Shown: positions 27,789-39,076 of the stretch, one piece after another
Position numbering within the stretch: the first letter of the stretch is position 1
Layout of the letters: the number at the start of each line of letters is the position of its first letter
Assembly (NCBI GenBank): GCA_951406725.2
Contig: OX597820.1
Span: forward strand, 63,922,001-63,986,000
Length of the DNA stretch: 64,000 bases
Direction: 5' to 3'
From: Octopus vulgaris
Lineage: Eukaryota
The notes under the pieces: generated by a model
Database searches by the model: none
Told to the model about the DNA's origin: nothing
Seen by the model: only the letters and a program-made list of their open reading frames with translations
Made by a program: the position numbers and the translations under genes

Positions 27789-28449
27789 CTGGTTTACGCC
27801 CCCTTACTCACCCGAGGTGGCCTTCAATATAGGTAAATATTTCCTAGCACTGATAGATAGACATTTTCCAGTTAACCATGCTTATAGGAAACTCTTCAAT
27901 AGACACAATTTAAAAATTAGTTTTAGTTCAACTACCAATTTTAAAAACATAATCAATCATAACATACATAAAACACAAGAAGAAAACAGCTGTTCATGCA
28001 GGAATAAAGAATTGTGCCCGCTAAATGGAGCTTGCATGTCCAAGACCATCATATATGAAGCTACCGTAAACTCTATAACCACTAAAGACACCGTTTTGAC
28101 GAAGAAATACGTGGGCCTGACAGAGGGTAATTTCAAGGCCAGGTTCAATAACCACACTTTGAGCTTTAGGCACTGGAACAAAAGAAAAGCGACACAATTA
28201 TCCAATCATATTTGGTCTTTAAGAGATAAAGGTGTCGATTATAACATACAATGGAAGATTTTGGCCAGATGTAAGCCCTATACTAACGGCAGCGGAAGGT
28301 GCGGTTTATGCGACATGGAGAGATGGCTTATCTGGAAAAGCAGCTTAGACCCTACCACATGTCTAAATACAAGGACAGAACTTTTCGGATCATGCCCACA
28401 TGTGACTAAATTTCTGTTACGTTTTTGGTCCCCTAAAGAAAACGGATAG
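27736..28449 (+). CDS. Penelope-like element C-terminal linker plus GIY-YIG endonuclease (237 aa, RT missing)
   Basis: IWFTPPYS..NIG..FL, CSCRNKELCPLNGAC, IIY...KYVG.T..FKARFNNH, CGLC..E, LNTRTE...CPH. Most consistent with the Hydra clade as I recall it. Confidence 0.85.
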   Translation: MTFLFLLFLFLIVGLVNIWFTPPYSPEVAFNIGKYFLALIDRHFPVNHAYRKLFNRHNLKISFSSTTNFKNIINHNIHKTQEENSCSCRNKELCPLNGACMSKTIIYEATVNSITTKDTVLTKKYVGLTEGNFKARFNNHTLSFRHWNKRKATQLSNHIWSLRDKGVDYNIQWKILARCKPYTNGSGRCGLCDMERWLIWKSSLDPTTCLNTRTELFGSCPHVTKFLLRFWSPKENG

Positions 28450-28643
28450 AACATGCTTTCTGTGTTATGTCCCAAGAAGATTTTATATATTTTTATATAT
28501 TTTTATATATTTTTATGTATTTTTATATAATTTTTATGACGAAAAATGCGAGCGATGTATAAGTACGCAGGCAAAGCAGAGTTATAACAGAGTAATTTCC
28601 CTTCATTTTTAACGGTATTTTTTCATAACGTTTTCAAATAGCC

Positions 28644-28706
28644 AGATAACCGAAGAGATGGTGTTGTGGATTTCCACTTCGGCATCTGAAACTCAGAGTT
28701 TTATCT
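28644..28706 (+). ncRNA. Type I hammerhead-like ribozyme motif (variant core); mirror copy 26818-26880 (-)
   Basis: AGATAA-CCGAAGA-GATG..GTGG/CCAC..CATC-T-GAAAC-TCAGA-GTT-TTATCT. Confidence 0.6.
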
Positions 28707-29001
28707 TGACTACCGAGTAATGTAACATATTGTATAGATAAATTTCCTCTATTTACATAATATTGAGGTCTCTTTCTTTCTTTTGTTATCTTACCGTTTT
28801 ATCAATATATATATATATATATATATATATAAGTATATATATATATGTGTGTATATAGATACATATATACATGCATATATACATATATGTATGTATATAT
28901 ATATATGTGTGTATCTATATTTATATGCGTATATATATATGTATTTGTGTGTGTATATATATGCATATATATATATATGTATATGTGTGTGTGTGCATAT
29001 A

Positions 29002-29060
<59 letters not shown>

Positions 29061-29685
29061 GCATATATATCTCACGCATACATATCTATCACTGTGTGTG
29101 CCTACACTTCTTGATAGGTTAACATGAGCGCGCTTACACACACAATGTTAGACACGCATGCAAATTTTCATTAGTATAAGAGCTGTATATTCCCTTGATC
29201 CCATTTACGATGCGTTCTCATAATTTCTGCATGATTTCTCCTGCGGTCAATGTTGAGGCGCACTGCATGGCTTTCTTGGTATCGCAATGCTGTTTAAATT
29301 GCTATGCCGATACTTTCTACTATCAAGCTCTTTCTGTCTTTTGTTCTTTCTCTCTCTAAGTCGCTCTTTACTTAGCTAACAAACAAGATCTTTCTACTCA
29401 CACAAGACCTTTCCATCTACACAAGGCCTTTCTACTCATAATTTTTTTCTCACTTAAGTTAATCACCGAACGCATCAAACAGACACTTCGTATTCTCACT
29501 GCCTGCTACATTTACTCTTCACGCACCTAAGCATATGCCTTTTTCTTCCACCATTACACGTGTGTTTTGTCTTTATTCCATTATATTTTGTACTATACTA
29601 ACGTTCCAGTCGCACATTTTGTTCTGTACCGTTTGATACGTCTGCATGTTATCGCGGCTATTCTCAGATATATATATATATATAT

Positions 29686-29917
29686 GTTTCTTTACTGCCC
29701 ACTAGGGGCTAAACATAGAGGGGACAAACAAGGACAGACAAAGGGATTAAGTCGATTACATCGACTCCAGTGCGAAACTGGTACTTTATTTATCGACCCC
29801 GAAAGGATGAAAGGCAAAGTCGACCTCGGCAGAATTTGAACTCAGAACGTTACGGCAGACGAAATACGGCTACGCATTTCGCCCGGCGTGCTAACGTTTC
29901 TTCCAGCTCGCCGCCTT
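29686..29917 (-). mobile_element. Full-length family B SINE with Tx1-like tail, within (TA)n
   Basis: Head AAGGCGGCGAGCTGG, central GTCGACTTTGCCTTTCATCCTTTCGGGGTCGATAAA, tail TTTAGCCCCTAGTGGGCAGTAAAGAAAC. Confidence 0.88.
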
Positions 29918-30769
29918 CATATATATATATATATGACTAGCAGACACCGTGCCGTCAAAAATGACGGCTAGGTGTAGATTTTTTATATACAAATAGGGAT
30001 GGTAAATCAATTTAATACACTTGTTAATGTTATCTAATCGTTGTCTTTTGAGAAGTGGCGTCGAACATCGTTTGTTACTGAAAGAAACCTGGTTCAGATA
30101 TACAAACATTCAGATACTTCCTTTGTACACGCACACACATATACTCACACAGAATTGAAACGCTGTTTGATTTTTCTTTTGAGCGTGGAATGTTTACCAT
30201 CCCACTTCAATTGTACACACACAAACAGTCACACACCTCCCTTTTTCACAGAGTCGAAACGTTCTCGTTGCCAGTTTCCTATCATCCTTCCTTCCTTCCT
30301 TCCTTCCTTCCGTCCTTCCATCCTTCTCTATTCATCTACCACCCGTTCCTTTCTCATTCATGTGTTGTGACGGAGAAAAACACAAGATTATTATTATAGT
30401 TGATCGTTGTTGACATCTTTAGCGAGAATAGTTTTGTCCTAAGACGTCGAAACGACGAAAATACTTTGTTGGACAGTTGTATTATCTTTTATCATGTCTG
30501 TTACATATTTTCATCATTTGTGTAAAATTACTCCGCACATACACACACATTCACACACACACTCATACGCACGCACACTCATGCATGTGCGTGGGTTTGC
30601 GTGTCTGTGTGTGTATAGATTCTTTCAGTCCTTAAATAGTTCGTTTCGGGAATATAGTTCCTTTTAACATATTAACACTTTAAAAAAAAACTGTTCACAT
30701 TTCCATTATAAAGTACTTGTATGATGAGAACTTCTATGTATCTTTTTTACTACAACATAAATGAAATGA

Positions 30770-30851
<82 letters not shown>

Positions 30852-30875
30852 ATATATGTATGTATGTATATAGGA

Positions 30876-31029
30876 AGTGTTGTAAGTAGCTTGCTTACCA
30901 ACCCCATGGTTCCAGGTTCATTACCACTGCGTGGCACCTTGGGCAAGTGTCTTCTACTATAGCCTCGGGCCGACAAAACCTTGTGGGTGGATTTGGTAGG
31001 CGGAAACTGAAAGAAGCCCGTCGTATATA

Positions 31030-31092
<63 letters not shown>

Positions 31093-31307
31093 GTGTATGT
31101 GTTTGTGCTTGTTCCTCCAACATCGGTTGACAACCGAAGGTGGTGTGTTTATGTCCCCGTAACTTAGCGGCTCGGCAAAAAAGACCGATAGAATAAGTAC
31201 TAGGCTTACAAGGAATAAATCCTGGGGTCAATTTGCTCGAATAAAGGCGGTGCTTCAGCATGGCCATAGTGAAATGACTGAAACAAGTAAAAGTGAGTAA
31301 AGAGAGT
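30876..31307 (+). mobile_element. Family A SINE (tRNA head, CORE-like domain, internal (TA)n/(TG)n, RTE-like tail)
   Basis: GGCACCTTGGGCAAGTGTCTT core and AAGGCGGTGCT.CAGCATGGCC..AATGACTGAAACAAGTAAAAG tail; many copies in the window. Confidence 0.88.
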
Positions 31308-32022
31308 GTATACCCATGTAGTTTTTAGTGAACTGTACTGACTTCGAATTATGTGTCTTCGTGTGTATTTCTGTACTTCTGAAAGGCACTATCTATACTC
31401 CGAGATATTTAAAGTAAATGTCAATTTATTATGGTGTAGTGAAGCTAATATGTGGATTTACTCTAACCACAACACCATCGGAAAAGAAAATGAACTTTTA
31501 AACCTGCTCGTACTTTTATCACAATGAGTTCGTAACCAAACTGCCAACCATAGGTGAAATTAGTAATTGTCTCGCCATAAACTGAAAGTTGGAAAATGTG
31601 ACTCTATTGGAAATACATTCATGAAACGCAAAACTGACGGATTTTTCTCGTATCTTCAATAATACGATGGTGAAAGGGCAACATCCAAAACGTCGTGTGT
31701 AGTGATTGAATCCAACAAAAATGTAATCGGTGAAGTGATTGATGGTGCCATATCCCACGTAACCTTCTTTTTATAACGGGAAGCTTAGATAACTGAGAAT
31801 ATTTTACTGTTATTTCATGTGGTTTGGGCTACCAAATTCAGACTCACCGCTCACTTTCTCACACCCAGTTACCACATGTACACGTTGTTTTAGAATCCGA
31901 ATGACGGGATATGATATTAAATAAAATTCCAGTAATATTTACGTTTAATTAACCACTTTATTACACAGTTACACCCACACACACGTACGCAAACCAGCAA
32001 GTATATATGTATATGCGCGTAT

Positions 32023-32058
<36 letters not shown>

Positions 32059-32076
32059 ATGTATACACACACACAC

Positions 32077-32142
<66 letters not shown>

Positions 32143-33004
32143 TGGTGCATGTATGTTTGTGTCTATGTTCATACATACAAGCACGAACACACACATATCT
32201 GTAACTATGTATATATGTATATATATATATATATATATATACACACAAACATATTTATATCCATCTGTTTATGTGTGTCCGCGTTAGTGTGTATTTTTGT
32301 GTGTATGTGAGTGTGTGTCTGTGTACCTGCGTGTGTGTAATAGACAATATTTTCATCGCTTATACTGATAATATCTTTAAATACATTCAATACAGCGACC
32401 ACTTGGTCTTGGACAAAATGTCACGGGATGCTAAAGTAAACACCAAGTCATTTAACTTTCCTATTAACACCGTTTAATTAAAAATAAATGAAAGACCAAT
32501 AAACTATCATTTATGACTAATCAAAACAGAAGTTGCTTAAGTAAATAATATATTACAGCAACCGAGGAATCCGTGTCAATTGACTTTCGAAAAAAAATTT
32601 ATTCATTAAGTGAGTAATAATTTAATTACTATAATTAATTCGTATAGATTTCACTTGAAACTTACATAATTTTATTCGTGTGAACAGGAGTGAATAATAA
32701 AATATATAAATAAATAGATAAATAAATAAATAAATAGATAAAATGTAGGTGGCGTTTTTTCAAATTATATTTTGACAAGTTTTTCTTCAGCAAGGCACTG
32801 AATGATTCATGAAGCTGTATTTTTGTAACTAAGATAGATTTACCTGAAACTACAACTTTAAATTCTCTTTTCACTTTGATTACAGTTTCCACACTCCAAT
32901 AGCAATTTAGGAAAGATGAAGTATAGTGCCGTTCCTTATGTTTTATCCTTTGTATCTAGGACTAAAATAAAATGGAATTTTTAGCTGCCAAATTCTGCAC
33001 CCAC

Positions 33005-33056
<52 letters not shown>

Positions 33057-33112
33057 AACATATACTCACGCACACACACACACACCTGTATATATATTCA
33101 TTTATTCGTTAA

Positions 33113-33343
33113 TTTGTTTTAGTAATTTTGAGTACGGCCATGCTGGAGTGCCGCCTTTAGTCGAACATATCGACCCAACGACTTATTCGTTGTAAGCGTA
33201 GTACTTATTCTACCCGTGTCTGTTGCCGAACCGCTAAGTTACGGGGACGTAAACATACCAACATCGGTTGTTAAGTGATGGTCGGAGGGACAAAAACAGA
33301 CACACAAACATACACACACACACACGCACACACACACGAAGAA

Positions 33344-33378
<35 letters not shown>

Positions 33379-33522
33379 CGACGGGCTTCTTTCAGTTCCC
33401 GTCTACCAAATCTAATCCCAAGGAGGCTATAGTAGAAGTCAATCGCCCAAGGTGCCACAGTGGGACTGAACCCGCAACCATGTGGTTAGAAAGCAAGCTT
33501 CTTACCATATAGACACGCTGCG

Positions 33523-33525
<3 letters not shown>
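33113..33525 (-). mobile_element. Family A SINE
   Basis: Reverse complement matches 30876-31307. Confidence 0.85.
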
Positions 33526-33570
<45 letters not shown>

Positions 33571-33588
33571 TAGATGGATAGATAGATT

Positions 33589-33657
<69 letters not shown>

Positions 33658-33982
33658 GTATGAGTAATGTTATTGCATTAAGTTAGTGATATATTACTTC
33701 TCTGCAATATAATGCAATAAAGTGCATACGCTCTTGGTACGCTCAGTGTAGGTTTCCAAGCGACCGTAATGCTGAAACGTCTGTAGGAGTAAATAATATA
33801 GTGGTCTGTATCTCTTATTTTCTCCTACATTCGCTCTGTATCTCATAACTAGTAATAATATTAAGTAAAGTATTTACTCTACAACTATGCAGGTGGCAAT
33901 ATTGGAATATAATAACCTATGTGGAGCATTAAGTTAACAGCAACAGTTGCACATTTCTATGTACACAGGAGATATGCTATGT

Positions 33983-34013
<31 letters not shown>

Positions 34014-34072
34014 GTGAAACTAATCCGTTAGAAAATCTCAGTTCGAGATAGAAGCAATATACGAGCCAAAAA

Positions 34073-34281
34073 GTATTGTTTATGGTCACTTTAATGTGAC
34101 TGTCCTCTAAGAGACGACGATACTGCTATTAAACCCCATGTATACATCTCCTGCTTGCAATAAATATCGAGTGTGAGAAACGGTCTGAATAAACCAGCTG
34201 GAGGAGATGTCTTCCTGGGGTTAAATGGTAGTGTCGTCGTCTTTTAGAAGATAGCCACAGTTAAATGGCCGTAAAAAATAC
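34073..34281. mobile_element. MITE-like foldback with ~80-bp imperfect inverted arms
   Basis: CTAAGAGACGACGATACT..AACCCCA..ACATCTCCT pairs with AGGAGATGT..TGGGGTT..AGTGTCGTCGTCTTTTAG. Confidence 0.65.
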
Positions 34282-34344
34282 CCCCACACACTCACACACA
34301 CATGTATGTGTGTTTAAATACATATATGTATATATGTATATATA

Positions 34345-34461
<117 letters not shown>

Positions 34462-35200
34462 GTTTCTTTATTGGCCACGCAGGGCTGCACACAGATGGGA
34501 CAAATTACAAGGTAGAACTTTTCTTTTGGGGGGAAAAAAATTAAAAAAACCCAAAAAAAGTGGCGTAGGTTTTCGATCTAAAGGGATCGTAAAAGGGAAA
34601 AGAAAAAGAAAAAAAGGAGAAGAAACAAAAGAAAAGAAAAAGGAAAAAAGAAGAAAAAAGAGGAAAAAAAAACGATCAATAAGGATCGTGTATCGCAGTG
34701 TCATGATGTACGGTGTAAAGGGGGAAGCAGATAAGGTTTATCCGTGGGAAGAAAAGCCAACGAAAAAGACCACGGTAACCTCGGTCAATATTGTTATATG
34801 TTACCACATTTGTTTGCAAGTGGGTAATCCTCTGTTTTCAATTACTGGGTTCATAGGATTATGCTCAAGGTGGCTTCGTCATTCATACGTGCCATCCTTG
34901 CTACATTCACCCATCTTTTTTTAAAACATTCGCTGGACAAAACTTGCCTCTCTACTCTCACTTTCCTTTTCAAGTGGTACTTGAAGAAGTTGATGAGAGA
35001 TTGACCAGAGAGGAAAGTGTTTGTCTACAATCCTTTTAGACGTGTCCACCAGATACATTATTTCGCCATAGCCACAAGTATGATGAAAATAGCTCTTCCT
35101 TCCCGTTTGAAGGAAGGAGGCGTGACAATATTGACGATAGACTCAGCTGATAAACCGACTCGTCCCAAACGTGACAGCAGTTGTTCGACATAAGCCCCCA
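34462..35200 (-). mobile_element. 5'-truncated L1/Tx1-like LINE: ORF2 C-terminus (35200-34851, with internal stops) plus 3' UTR
   Basis: AYVEQLL..LSAESIV..LVAMAK*CIWWTRLKG..F.YHLKRKVRVER..F.KRW resembles Tx1 ORF2 ends; U-rich UTR; ends AATAAAGAAAC then (TATC)n. Confidence 0.75.
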
Positions 35201-35628
35201 TATGTGTGTGTATGCGTGTGCTTGTGTGCGTGTGTCTGTGTAAGTGTGTGCATGTTTTGCTTGTTTGTGTCGGAATCTGAGTGTGTGTGAGTGCAAGAGA
35301 CCCGTGTTGAAGTTTCCAAAGATCAAATCCCATTTGAAATGAACAAGATCTGAAGACCACGATGGCAGGTACTCACTATCCAAAAATGAATTCCAGGTAG
35401 GGTCCCGCCAATGGAATCGATCCTATATAAAATCTTTGGCTTGAGAAGTAGACTACTTCGAAGGAGATTAAATGCCAATTTTATGTGTTGTAGTTATATT
35501 TTTATAGCACCAGTCCTGAATCTTTTAGATGAACCTCCTATCAACAATACGTGTCTGTGTGTGTGCGTTTGTGAGAATGTATGTACATATAGATCTATAT
35601 ACATATATAGAGAGAGATTTGTATACAA

Positions 35629-35683
<55 letters not shown>

Positions 35684-36574
35684 TTAACTAGAGGATCTAT
35701 TAACCTCTTAAAGGGATGGTTACACCAAAGAAAGCACTGGTTCAATACTTAATATTTTAGGGAAACAAAATTTCCCTAAATCAATAGACGTATATTAGGC
35801 ATATAATCTGTATTTAATTAATAAAAAAAAAAAGAAAATGGAGAGTTGAAAGTAAATAATAATTGATAATTTGATAGTCAATGTTTACCGGGAAGTGGAA
35901 TAGCAACAATTTCTAACATTTAGCGGCTTCCAGATAGAGTGTGTGGAAGAGAGACAGTGAAAGAGATTGAAGGAGAGGAAGAGAGATAAAGACAGGGAGA
36001 GACAGAGAGAAAACTACCCCGCAAATCATGATTTACATCAATAAAAAAACTGCAGATATTGATATTATTTCCCCGGCCCGGCGTCCTGCACCGATTCTCT
36101 GCTTGCAGTGTGGACCCCGCTAAACTCAATTTGTGGTGTCAAAACTTCTTAAAATATGTACTGCTTAAATTTGCTCGCAAAATATCAATTCCATTTCCGT
36201 ATTCTAAATATTAATACAAAATTACTGAAGACAGTAGATACCAAATTTATGATTTTAGTAAAAGCCAATTATACATGTGGCGGATTTATTAAAAATCTTA
36301 CCATACGTCTTCTGTATATGCGTTTGTTTATATATATAATCACGTGTGTGAAATTGTGTGTGAAATTGCATAAGTGTGTGTGTATGCGTTTGCGTTAGTA
36401 CGTGTAACAGTGGTTTCCAAATGTTGTGTCTCTTCTATTGTATCGGAAAACAACGAAATTTTAAACGTATAATTACATGCTTTAAGGAAGCCATACTAAT
36501 GCCTGAGTCTCTCGAAAATCATATAATTTATAATTAAACATTCCTGGTTAATGAATCTATATCTGTCATCTTTT

Positions 36575-36745
36575 ATTTATTTTTGGTCAATGGACTGTGG
36601 CCATGCTGGTGCAATACCCTAAAGGGTTTTGTCGAATAAACCACCACTGGTTATTTATTTGTAAGTCTGTTACTTATTCTATTGTCTCTTTGGCAAACCA
36701 TTAACTTTCGGAGATCAAAGACACCTGCATCGGTTGTCAAATATG
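36575..36745 (-). mobile_element. Family A SINE 3' part
   Basis: GACTGTGGCCATGCTGG..TACTTATTCTAT..CATCGGTTGTCAA. Confidence 0.7.
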
Positions 36746-36834
36746 GTGGTGGTAGTTGTGGTGCAATAAATACATATACAGAGAATCACTTATGAATACG
36801 CAACACACATGCACACGCGTATCTCTCTCTCTCA

Positions 36835-36884
<50 letters not shown>

Positions 36885-36951
36885 AATAATATATATATAT
36901 AGATATAGATATATGCATATATACATACGTATATTAACTTACCTACTTATA

Positions 36952-36984
<33 letters not shown>

Positions 36985-36993
36985 ATATATATG

Positions 36994-37027
<34 letters not shown>

Positions 37028-37254
37028 TGTATGTATGTATGTATGTATGTATGTATGTATGTGTGTATGTATATACATAAGCACATAGCGGTGCAGGACA
37101 TCACAGAACGTAAGCAACATGAAATACGAAATAAGAAACCATGGAATACGAACTTTTTTGCGAACAATGAACGAAACAAATGGTAAACAAAACAAGCAAC
37201 ACAAAGAATGTCCTTTCATCAGTTATCGATTGTTTTTCTACTCCGTATATATTT

Positions 37255-37316
<62 letters not shown>

Positions 37317-37324
37317 TATCTTTC

Positions 37325-37485
37325 ATACTGTAACTGTTTCAGCCGTTAGACTTCGACCAGGCTGGGGTACCGCCTTCCAGTTTTAGTAAAATGAATCGAC
37401 CTCAGTTCCTTTTTCTAAAACCTGGTATTTATTCTATCGGCCTCTTTTACCAAACCACTAAGTTGCGGGGACTCAAACTCACCAT
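37325..37485 (-). mobile_element. Family A SINE 3' part
   Basis: CTGTTTCAGCC..ACCGCCTT..TTATTCTATCGG..CTAAGTTGCGGGGAC. Confidence 0.65.
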
Positions 37486-37863
37486 CCCCTCCTCACCGTA
37501 GTGTCAGAGCTATGCCGTCGGGAACTTCGGTTCCTGGTAGGGCCACCCAAGGCGGATTTGCTTGACACCGAGTGGTATTAGGGGCACAAACCGGCTCTGG
37601 TGCAAATCCTCGGAGTGTCTGTTTCGGCAACTGGCGGCTTCTCGGTCGTTCTGTCCCTGCGTCTGTGGACAATCTGCAGCAAACAGGATGTCTATACATG
37701 CGGGATTGTTGGGGACCGCTTGTGAAATTCATATTCCCACGAAACTTCTTCCACCGCCATGGCTCGAGATGCCTCGAGGGTGGTAGAAGAAGCCGGCTCA
37801 ACCCGCCCAGGGTAAATGTCGCCACAAGTACAAGTAAGTAGTACACAAAAACACACACAAACA

Positions 37864-37931
<68 letters not shown>

Positions 37932-37933
<2 letters not shown>

Positions 37934-38705
37934 ATTATTATAGATATAGGGTAAAAAATTATTAATTTATAATTAATAAATTTCACCAAGTAGTTTCAGT
38001 ATGGAAAGGAACCATATTCGGTAAAAACTTATACGAGAAGTTTTATATATTATTTATAGCAATAATTAAGGGTTTAGCAACGAGTTGCTTGACCACATAC
38101 TGAAACCCCTTAATTATTGTTATAATTATATATAAAACTTCTTGTATAGGTTTTTACCGAATAATGTTCCTTTCCATACCGAAACTACTTGGTGAAATTT
38201 ATTAATTATAAATTAATAATTTTTTACCCTATATCTATAATAATTATTTTACTCCCTGATAACAGGAAAAGCTGCGGATCTATTTTCTGCAGTACTATCT
38301 CGTGACGCACATGGTGTAGGAATTGGTGGGAAATATGAATTTCACACGTCTGTATAAATTCGGATATGCTAACTACCTCGTGTGATGTTCTGATGTTCTG
38401 ATGTCGCTTGGTCAGAAATGTAAAGGGTAAGTTTTCTAGCATTTTTCAATTTATAACTATCGGAATATTATGTTGATAAGGAAACGAGTTTTATAACTCT
38501 AATCCAGAAACGCGTCCATAATTAACCGAAGACTGTTTGATTTCATTATTTTCCTTCTTTTTGCCTGTGTGAGTTACAGAGAGGGTTGTCTGTGGAGTCA
38601 TATTTTGTAGCGAAAAGAAATAGCGGCATTTTGCCTGCTATTTCTAAATTTTTCGGTATGTGGTTAAGCAACTCGTTGCTAAACCCTTAATTATTGTTAT
38701 AATTG
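37932..38705. mobile_element. Penelope-type remnant: palindrome 37932-38247, decayed hammerhead 38467-38522, third partial repeat 38650-38702
   Basis: ~145-bp inverted arms; TATG-TTGATAA-GGA..TCC-A-GAAACGCGTC-CATA; flanked by (TA)n. Confidence 0.7.
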
Positions 38706-38718
38706 CATATATATATAG

Positions 38719-38838
<120 letters not shown>

Positions 38839-38859
38839 ATACACATACATATATATATA

Positions 38860-39076
38860 CACAACGGGCTTCTTTCAGAGAAGACTTCTTTCAGGGACAC
38901 GACGTCAAAGATGACGGGTTGTCTTCCGGTTTCCGCCAGCCAAATCTACATACGAGGCTTTGCATGGCAGGGATTATAATAGAAAGCAGTTGCCCAGGGC
39001 ACCATGCAGTGGGACTGAACATCGAACAACGTAGTTGAGAATTAAGCTTCTTACCACACAGAGAAACATGCGCCTA
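38860..39076 (-). mobile_element. Family A SINE 5' half
   Basis: ACGGGCTTCTTTCAG..TTGCCCAGGGCACCATGCAGTGGGACTGAAC. Confidence 0.65.

Larger units (their letters stand above)
26788..28804. mobile_element. Penelope-like element insertion: two head-to-head 5'-truncated copies forming a 951-bp-arm palindrome in (TA)n
   Basis: Arms 26788-27738 and 27786-28736 are reverse complements with about six differences; 47-bp spacer; right copy has a 68-bp unpaired 3' extension. Confidence 0.92.

Noticed and set aside
34526-34924. Lys/Arg-rich ORF
   Set aside because: Antisense reading of the U-rich 3' UTR of the Tx1-like LINE.
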